NCBI GenBank assembly: GCA_964403545.1
Contig: CAYOGN010000022.1
Location: 15,495 to 79,494 of the forward strand
Direction: 5' to 3'
From: an uncultured Gammaproteobacteria bacterium
GTDB lineage: Bacteria > Pseudomonadota > Gammaproteobacteria > Arenicellales > Poriferihabitantaceae
Length of the DNA: 64,000 nt
This document shows positions 57,999-64,000 of this stretch, one piece after another. The notes below the pieces were generated by a model. The model was given only the letters and a program-made list of their open reading frames with translations. It was not told where the DNA came from and searched no databases. The first letter of the stretch is position 1. Every line of letters starts with the position of its first letter. The translations under genes and the position numbers were made by a program.

Positions 57999-58613
57999 GT
58001 GTCCAGCGACTCTCCCAGCCCCGAAGACTATCTCAACCAGTTTAATGAAGATGAGCGGGTTTTGCTTGTAGGCCCACTAAACACCGATATCAGTGAAATT
58101 ACAGAGCCGGTAATTTTTGTCGATGGCGGGTCAAACTGGCGTCAATATGGTATTGGGATATCCATTGGAGATGGTGATTCGTTTACGGGTGCACTGGATT
58201 ATCCGTTGGATCCGGAAAAAGATTTTTCAGACCTTTCATTTGCCCTCGGGTTGTTGGGCGAGCGATTTTCAGAGATTCAATTGCGCGGATTTCTCGGTGG
58301 CCGCCGTGATCATGAGTTGCTTAACCTGGGAGAGGTGTTTCATTTCCTCAATCAACGACAGACCCGGGTAAAGGTGACATTAAATCAATCTGTTATCGCC
58401 TTCAGTGCAGGCCGCTGGCAACTGGAAGTGAACGGTACTTTTAGCCTGGTCGTATTTGAGCCTTCGGTAGTTACTCTGTCGGGGCACTGCAAATACCATA
58501 TTGCAGGTGAATCCACCATCAGGCCCGTTAGTTCTTATGGTTTAAGCAATGAGGGATATGGCCTGATTTCTGTTTCAACTTCATCACCACTATTTATATT
58601 TTTCAATGGTTGA
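57999..58613 (+). CDS. Thiamine pyrophosphokinase-like protein (TPK/ThiN family)
   Basis: IGDGDSF (GDxDS), EKDFSDL (KDxTD-like) and GGRRDHELLN (GGRxDH) occur in the order seen in TPKs. GTG start. Confidence 0.6.
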   Translation: MSSDSPSPEDYLNQFNEDERVLLVGPLNTDISEITEPVIFVDGGSNWRQYGIGISIGDGDSFTGALDYPLDPEKDFSDLSFALGLLGERFSEIQLRGFLGGRRDHELLNLGEVFHFLNQRQTRVKVTLNQSVIAFSAGRWQLEVNGTFSLVVFEPSVVTLSGHCKYHIAGESTIRPVSSYGLSNEGYGLISVSTSSPLFIFFNG

Positions 58614-59472
58614 ATCTGATTTGTTTGATTTTCAGGTGCCGAAACGTCAATTTGCAGTCATGGGTAATCCTGTTGCCCATAGTCAATCGCCAATGATTCA
58701 CCAGTTATTTGCCAGTCAGTTTGAAATTTTGCTGGAATACAACCGGATTCAGGTGGATCAAGGCGGTTTTGACCAGGCTGTTAGCCACTTTGCTGCTCGC
58801 GGTGGTGCGGGTCTCAACATCACGGTACCCTTTAAAGTGGAGGCGTGGCAACTGTGCCAGCGTCCAGCCAATAATTTATCGGACAGGGCACAGATTTCTC
58901 AATCAGTTAATACGCTGAAATTTTGCACCGACGGATCGGTGTTCGGGGACAATACGGATGGCGTTGGTATTGTGCGTGATATTCAGAACAATCTGCGATG
59001 CAATCTGCGGCAGAAAAAAATTTTGCTGCTGGGTGCGGGAGGCGCGGTGCGCGGGGTTCTTGATCCGATTTTGCAATGCAAACCCTCGGAGGTGCTGGTG
59101 ATCAATCGTACCGCGGAGAAAGCCGTGGCCTTGGCCGATCGTTTTAAAACCCCGGATTTCGCTAAAATCAGTGGTGCCGGAATTGATCATATTAGCGGCT
59201 GTTTTGATGTTGTCATCAACGGCACTGCGGCGAGCCTGGGCGGGGAACTGCCCGCTATCAGTGCCCAATGCATAGGTTCAGAAACCCTGGCTTATGACAT
59301 GATGTATAGTGATGAGCCTACGCTATTCATGCAATGGGCGCTCGCACAGGGTGCCAGAGAGGTGAGCGACGGCCTCGGTATGCTGGTGGAGCAGGCGGCA
59401 GAATCGTTTTATATCTGGCATGATCGACGGCCGCAATCAGTGCCGGTAATCAGTTATCTGCGCAAGTCATAG
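58606..59472 (+). CDS. aroE: Shikimate dehydrogenase
   Basis: FAVMGNPVAHSQSPMIHQ, NITVPFK, NTDGVG and GAGGAVRG. The start overlaps the upstream gene by 8 nt. Confidence 0.9.
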   Translation: MVESDLFDFQVPKRQFAVMGNPVAHSQSPMIHQLFASQFEILLEYNRIQVDQGGFDQAVSHFAARGGAGLNITVPFKVEAWQLCQRPANNLSDRAQISQSVNTLKFCTDGSVFGDNTDGVGIVRDIQNNLRCNLRQKKILLLGAGGAVRGVLDPILQCKPSEVLVINRTAEKAVALADRFKTPDFAKISGAGIDHISGCFDVVINGTAASLGGELPAISAQCIGSETLAYDMMYSDEPTLFMQWALAQGAREVSDGLGMLVEQAAESFYIWHDRRPQSVPVISYLRKS

Positions 59473-59544
59473 CTGGTGACAACAGCCATTGAACGATGTG
59501 ACCATTAACATTCTGAAAATTTTCCTTGTTGAGAAAGCACTAAT

Positions 59545-60453
59545 ATGGCAACCGATTTTACTGAAACCCTGGTAATAGCGATTTCATCGCGTGCCCTGTT
59601 TGATCTCGAGCAAAGTCATAAGGTCTATGTTGAGCAGGGCATAGAGGAATATTGCCGCTATCAGATTGAGCGTGAAACAGAAATTCTCAAGCCGGGTGTC
59701 GCTTTTTCCATGGTTAAAAAATTCCTTGCACTGGAGCAAAACATCGCCGGAAAAGATGATTTGCAGAAAGTTGAAATCGTATTGATTTCCCGTAACAGCG
59801 CTGATACAGGCCTCCGGGTGTTCAATTCCATTGAGCACTATGGGCTGGCAATCAGTCGCGCTGCCTTTACCGGCGGAGAAACTCCCTATCAGTATGTACA
59901 GCCTTTTGCCGCCGACCTGTTCTTGTCCGCTGATCCCGAAGATGTTGCCAGCGCCCTGGAAATTGGCATTGCCGCAGCCACGATTCTGCCCTCGAAGATT
60001 GATCATTCACATTCCGACCGTCTCAAGATTGCTTTCGATGGTGATGCGGTATTGTTTTCCGATGCCGCTGAACAGGTTTATCAAAAACAGGGTCTACAGG
60101 AATTTACCGATTCAGAGAAGAAAGCAGCCAATGACCCATTGCCTGGAGGTCCGTTCAAACCAGTGCTCGCCGCCCTGCATCGGATACAAAATACATTCCC
60201 GTCAGACCAGTCGCCCATCCGTACCGCCCTGATTACCGCCCGCGCTGCACCCGCTCATGAGCGGGTGATTCGAACTTTGCGTGCCTGGGATGTTCGAATT
60301 GATGAGAGTTTCTTTCTCGGAGGAATGGATAAGGGAGAATTCCTTAAAACCTTTGGTGCCGATATTTTCTTTGATGATCAAAGCGGTCATTGCGATTCGG
60401 CACGTCAGCATGTTCCCACCGGCCATGTGCCTCATGGGATCAGTAACCGTTAG
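59545..60453 (+). CDS. 5'-nucleotidase family protein (cN-IA-like bacterial family)
   Basis: AISSRALFDL, LISRNSADTGLRVFNSIEHYGL, FDGDAVLFSD, TARAAPAHERVIRTLRAW and IFFDDQ match the bacterial 5-nucleotidase family as I remember it. Confidence 0.65.
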   Translation: MATDFTETLVIAISSRALFDLEQSHKVYVEQGIEEYCRYQIERETEILKPGVAFSMVKKFLALEQNIAGKDDLQKVEIVLISRNSADTGLRVFNSIEHYGLAISRAAFTGGETPYQYVQPFAADLFLSADPEDVASALEIGIAAATILPSKIDHSHSDRLKIAFDGDAVLFSDAAEQVYQKQGLQEFTDSEKKAANDPLPGGPFKPVLAALHRIQNTFPSDQSPIRTALITARAAPAHERVIRTLRAWDVRIDESFFLGGMDKGEFLKTFGADIFFDDQSGHCDSARQHVPTGHVPHGISNR

Positions 60454-60512
60454 AGCATGAAAAACTGTTCGTGAATAGCCCATGCGCCCCGGTTAACCTG
60501 CACTGTGAACAG

Positions 60513-60536
60513 GAACGGAGTGAAATGGCTCCGTTC
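60513..60536. terminator. 8-bp perfect hairpin between convergent genes
   Basis: GAACGGAG-TGAAATGG-CTCCGTTC lies immediately 3' of the lysA stop. There is no U-tract on either strand. Confidence 0.3.
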
Positions 60537-60537
60537 G

Positions 60538-61809
60538 TTACGTCGCTTCCCCGGGGTTTGGCAAACAATGCTCTCCTTCGTACAGTTTTTCCAGGCTCTC
60601 GCGCTCCCGTACAATATAAAACTGATCGCCATCCACCATGACTTCAGCTGGTCGTGGTCTGGCATTATAGTTCGATGCCATCACAGCGGCGTATGCGCCT
60701 GAGGTCCGAACCGCGAGCAAGTCATTCTCTGCCACCCGTAAAGAGCGCTCTTTGCCAAGAAAATCACCGCTCTCACAAATGGGCCCAACCACATCATATA
60801 CCCCTTCTTCCGCTTCGCTGCGGGCATTGACTGCAATGATTTCCTGATAGGCCTGATACAGCGCAGGCCGGATCAGATCATTCATTCCCGCATCAACGAT
60901 GCAAAAATTGTTGCTGCCAGTTGATTTAAGAAAATTAACCCGGGTCAGCAATATGCCTGCATTACCGACGATGGCCCGGCCGGGTTCTATTGTGATGGTC
61001 AGGGAGATAGCTTTTCGACGTAATTGCTGGTGTAATATTTCCCAGTATTCCGCTGGACTGGGCGGGGTTTCTTGCCGATAGCGAACCCCGAGCCCACCGC
61101 CAAAATCTATATGGTCAAGGCGGATGCCAGAGGATGCAAGCTCATCAACGAAATCGAGCATCTTGCCCAGGGCATCATTAAAAGGACCCAGTTCGGTTAG
61201 CTGGGATCCGATATGGCTGGCTACACCGCTTACTCTGATATTGGAATCAGCCGCTGCCTGTTGATAAACCTGCATGGCCACAGAAACGGGTAATCCAAAC
61301 TTGTTCTGGTGCAGGCCGGTTGAAATGTAGGGATGGGTTTTGGCATCGACATCCGGATTGATCCGGATTGAAATTGGCGCAATCTTACCCAGCCTGGCGG
61401 CGATTGCGCTGATGTGATCCAGTTCTCCGCTGGATTCTATATTGAAGCATTTGACCCCGGCAATCAGCGCTTCTTCCAGCTCCCAGTCCTGTTTGCATAC
61501 GCCGGAAAACACAGTTTTGCCCGGATCGCCCCCTGCGGCAATGACCCGGCGAAGTTCACCACCTGATACGATATCAAAGCCCGATCCGAGACGTGCCAGC
61601 AGCTCCAGTACGGCCAGATTGCCATTGGCTTTAACCGCGTAGCATACCAGGTGAGGATAGCTTCCAATGGCATCGTCAAACGCATGCCAGTGACGTTCCA
61701 GAGTTGCTCTTGAATAGATATAGCAGGGCGTACCCACTTCGCCGGCAATATCGGAAACCGGAACCTGTTCAGCGAACAGGAACCCATTCTGGTACTGAAA
61801 ATGGTCCAT
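60538..61809 (-). CDS. lysA: Diaminopimelate decarboxylase
   Basis: CYAVKAN (PLP Lys), GGGLGV, ESGD and 423 aa. Confidence 0.95.
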   Translation of the reverse strand: MDHFQYQNGFLFAEQVPVSDIAGEVGTPCYIYSRATLERHWHAFDDAIGSYPHLVCYAVKANGNLAVLELLARLGSGFDIVSGGELRRVIAAGGDPGKTVFSGVCKQDWELEEALIAGVKCFNIESSGELDHISAIAARLGKIAPISIRINPDVDAKTHPYISTGLHQNKFGLPVSVAMQVYQQAAADSNIRVSGVASHIGSQLTELGPFNDALGKMLDFVDELASSGIRLDHIDFGGGLGVRYRQETPPSPAEYWEILHQQLRRKAISLTITIEPGRAIVGNAGILLTRVNFLKSTGSNNFCIVDAGMNDLIRPALYQAYQEIIAVNARSEAEEGVYDVVGPICESGDFLGKERSLRVAENDLLAVRTSGAYAAVMASNYNARPRPAEVMVDGDQFYIVRERESLEKLYEGEHCLPNPGEAT

Positions 61810-61868
61810 AGAATACCGGGGGCCTGCGCCCGATCAGTCAGTCAGGATAGAGTGCCTGGCGAGAAGGT

Positions 61869-62045
61869 TCAGGTGCTATCTTCGCTACTTTCTTCGCTAC
61901 TTTCTTCGATACTCTGTTCAGTTTCCTGATCGACCGCTTGACCAGCATCACTGCCAGGGAGAAATAGTGGTCCTTTCTGCCCGCATGCGCTCAACAGGAA
62001 CAAACAGGCGATTGGTACCAGAAACAGTTTGTCAAGATTTTTCAT
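61869..62045 (-). CDS. lptM: Small lipoprotein LptM (YifL/LppL-like)
   Basis: Not in the ORF track (58 aa). My translation is MKNLDKLFLVPIACLFLLSACGQKGPLFLPGSDAGQAVDQETEQSIEESSEESSEDST. It has the lipobox LSAC and the signature CGQKGPL(Y/F)LP, and sits in the classic position upstream of lysA. Confidence 0.75.
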   Translation of the reverse strand: MKNLDKLFLVPIACLFLLSACGQKGPLFLPGSDAGQAVDQETEQSIEESSEESSEDST

Positions 62046-62053
62046 ATCGGTTT

Positions 62054-62098
62054 ATTACTACACGTTTCAATACTACAGGTTTTAATACTACAGGTTTG
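62054..62098. repeat. Three tandem copies of a 15-bp unit (AATACTACAGGTTTN) between the argH stop and the lptM start
   Basis: Units are at 62054 (12/15), 62069 and 62084. Confidence 0.5.
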
Positions 62099-62124
62099 TG
62101 CTTCACTCGTTCAGGGGCAAGGTT

Positions 62125-63516
62125 TCAACTTTGGCGATCTGCGAGCAGACGACTTGCGTTGTCAGCCGCAATTTTAACCTGTGCCGGGGCAGTAGCACCA
62201 ATATGATTTCGAGAATTTACCGATCCTTCCAACGTTAACACATCAAATACATCGGCATCAATTGCGGGGCAGAACTGCTGTAACAGGGATAGTGGAAATT
62301 GATCAAGGCTAAGCCGATCAGCCACTGCACAGGCGACTACTTTCCCCACGATTTCATGGGAATCGCGAAAAGCTACACCTTTACCAACCAGGTAATCGGC
62401 AAGGTCGGTGGCGGTTGAATGTCCCTTCAGGGCGGCCCGATACATTGCATCGCGATTAAACCCGATCTGGCCGAACATTGCAGCAAATACCTGTAGACAC
62501 AATACCACCGTATCAAGGGTGTCAAACATCGGCTCCTTGTCCTCCTGATTGTCGCGATTGTAGGCCAATGGCTGGCCTTTCATCAGCATCAATAAAGTCA
62601 TCAGGTTCCCAGTTACACGGCCACACTTGCCCCGGGTCAGTTCGGCTACATCAGGGTTTTTCTTCTGTGGCATGATGCTGGACCCGGTAGAAAAGGCGTC
62701 CCCGAGATCGACAAAGCCAAACCCATCCGAGGACCATAATATCAGTTCCTCGGAAATTCTCGAAAGATGCACCATCAGTAGCGCAGCATGGGCATTGAAT
62801 TCAATCACAAAATCACGATCAGAAACTGCATCCAGGCTGTTTCGCGCCACCGATTCGAAGCCCAGTTCGGCGGCGGTCATCTGGCGGTCGATGGGATAGC
62901 TTGTGCCTGCCAGTGCAGCGCAGCCCAGTGGAGAAATCACTATTCGCTTTCGGCAATCCATCAGTCGTTCGTAGTCCCGCTGCAGCATTTCATTCCATGC
63001 CAGCAGATGATGCCCGAGGGTGACTGGCTGCGCACTTTGCATATGGGTGTAGCCTGGCATGATACTATCTGCTTCTCTGGCGGCAAGATCAATCAGGGCT
63101 CGTTGTAACGAAGTCAGAACGTTGCATAGCTGGTCCAATTCATCGCGCAGATATAATCGCATATCGGTCGCCACCTGGTCGTTTCTCGAACGCCCGGTGT
63201 GTAACCTCTTTCCTGCATCACCGATGCGTTCGGTTAATGCCGCTTCAATGTTCATATGCACATCTTCCAGCGTGTTGGACCACTGGAATTTATCGTCGTC
63301 TATTTCCGATTCGATATTTTTAAGGCCGACTTCGATAGCAGCAAAATCCTGCTCACTCAGTACTCCCTGTTGGCACAGCATTCGGGCATGGGCTATGGAT
63401 CCCCTGATGTCCTGACGGTACATTCGACAGTCAAAGTCAACCGATGCTGAAAAGGCTTCCATGAGGGCATCGGTTGACCCGCTGAAGCGTCCGCCCCACA
63501 GTTTTTTATGTTTCAT
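62125..63516 (-). CDS. argH: Argininosuccinate lyase
   Basis: LWGGRFSG, the [12 protein letters not shown] signature and 463 aa. Confidence 0.95.
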   Translation of the reverse strand: MKHKKLWGGRFSGSTDALMEAFSASVDFDCRMYRQDIRGSIAHARMLCQQGVLSEQDFAAIEVGLKNIESEIDDDKFQWSNTLEDVHMNIEAALTERIGDAGKRLHTGRSRNDQVATDMRLYLRDELDQLCNVLTSLQRALIDLAAREADSIMPGYTHMQSAQPVTLGHHLLAWNEMLQRDYERLMDCRKRIVISPLGCAALAGTSYPIDRQMTAAELGFESVARNSLDAVSDRDFVIEFNAHAALLMVHLSRISEELILWSSDGFGFVDLGDAFSTGSSIMPQKKNPDVAELTRGKCGRVTGNLMTLLMLMKGQPLAYNRDNQEDKEPMFDTLDTVVLCLQVFAAMFGQIGFNRDAMYRAALKGHSTATDLADYLVGKGVAFRDSHEIVGKVVACAVADRLSLDQFPLSLLQQFCPAIDADVFDVLTLEGSVNSRNHIGATAPAQVKIAADNASRLLADRQS

Positions 63517-63639
63517 AATTAGTGTTGAAAAAAGTGGGGTAATTCATTTTTCCGCTTTTTTTTTGGTTGGAAATACTGTTCAACTGGAAAAATATACCTT
63601 TCGTCTGAAATATTTGATTATTGCTTCACAACATAGTTT

Positions 63640-63765
63640 ACTTGCGTTGTGGACGGGACAAACGGTCCACTAGTCGGGTCTTTACCCCCCTTTAGCAGAA
63701 CCCCCATTCTGTTTGGCCCGATCAACTTATTATACTCTCCTGTTTTGCAGGGGAGTATTTTTTTT
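63640..63765 (+). ncRNA. Candidate small RNA ending at the orphan terminator
   Basis: Possible TTGATT-N17-TTTACT promoter at 63614..63642. A hairpin GTGGAC-N10-GTCCAC sits at 63649..63670, followed by C-rich single-stranded stretches (CCCCCC, CCCCC) and a strong intrinsic terminator. No ORF fits this interval. Confidence 0.25.
63735..63765 (+). terminator. Rho-independent terminator, plus strand only
   Basis: CTCTCCTG-TTTTG-CAGGGGAG forms 8 bp with one G-U pair and is followed by TA and T8. The reverse complement has no U-tract. Confidence 0.6.
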
Positions 63766-64000
63766 CTCCAAAGAAACTTATCCCCGCTGCCTCGGTAAGT
63801 CCGATAGATGGGAGGTGTTCTCTAAAGGAACCCGCACGGGTCAAAGCTCGGTTAGAATAAAGCTATTCGTTCCAGTGTGCCAGCTTCTTGCCCAATAACC
63901 ATTTTCAACTGGATTTTCGCCATTGGCGTTTTCCCATACGTTTTTCCTTTGCGTCTATACTGACGCTAATAGCGGTGTGGCTGATTAAGTTTGGTACTGA

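Noticed and set aside
63713-63898. 61-aa TTG-start ORF.
   Set aside because: It spans the intrinsic terminator hairpin and T-tract and has no SD or motif.
63905-64000. Minus-strand frame open from the window edge (…SVPNLISHTAISVSIDAKEKRMGKRQWRKSS stop at 63905..63907), possibly the 3' end of a gene beyond the window.
   Set aside because: Only 31 codons are visible and I see no recognisable similarity, so a call cannot be supported.
1-64000. Scan for tRNA or rRNA genes, CRISPR arrays, IS elements, integrases, toxin-antitoxin pairs and known phage-defence gene sets.
   Set aside because: None was recognised by eye. There are no T-loop/acceptor-like cloverleaf candidates in intergenic gaps, no spaced direct-repeat arrays longer than the short tandem repeats already reported, and no transposase-, recombinase- or nuclease-type ORFs. 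Dedicated tools (tRNAscan, CRISPR finders, defence-system HMM sets) should confirm this.

Overview
64-kb window, about 48-50% GC by eye. It looks like a Gammaproteobacterium of the Pseudomonadales, Cellvibrionales or Oceanospirillales type, judging from the glnE-ilvE-waaF, gmk-rpoZ-spoT and argH-lptM-lysA gene orders. I support about 57 protein-coding genes, one remnant pseudogene and one freshly decayed pseudogene. I saw no rRNA, tRNA, CRISPR array, transposase or integrase. Most of the window is core housekeeping: pyruvate kinase, split class II ribonucleotide reductase, RimK module, GlnE, IlvE, WaaF, SpoT, NagZ, AroE, LysA, ArgH and an RND efflux pair. The parts that look accessory or unexplained are these. 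(1) A roughly 6-kb ectoine-catabolism-like cassette: GntR regulator, DoeB-like deacylase, EutA-like protein, DoeA-like M24 hydrolase and a threonine-aldolase-type lyase. It is bracketed by direct repeats of a ydjM-like gene, one intact and one internally deleted. (2) A translationally coupled four-gene operon: a signal-peptide beta-barrel-like protein with a C-terminal DUF4329 or JAMM-like domain, a small secreted protein, a tandem cNMP-binding protein with no output domain, and an EgtC-like Ntn amidotransferase. (3) An orphan MBOAT plus AlgX/AlgJ-like O-acyltransferase pair. (4) A GMC oxidoreductase with two independent inactivating lesions. (5) Several intergenic palindromes and tandem repeats, plus an orphan intrinsic terminator that suggests a small RNA next to argH. 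All functional calls rest on motifs I recognise by eye. No database search was run.
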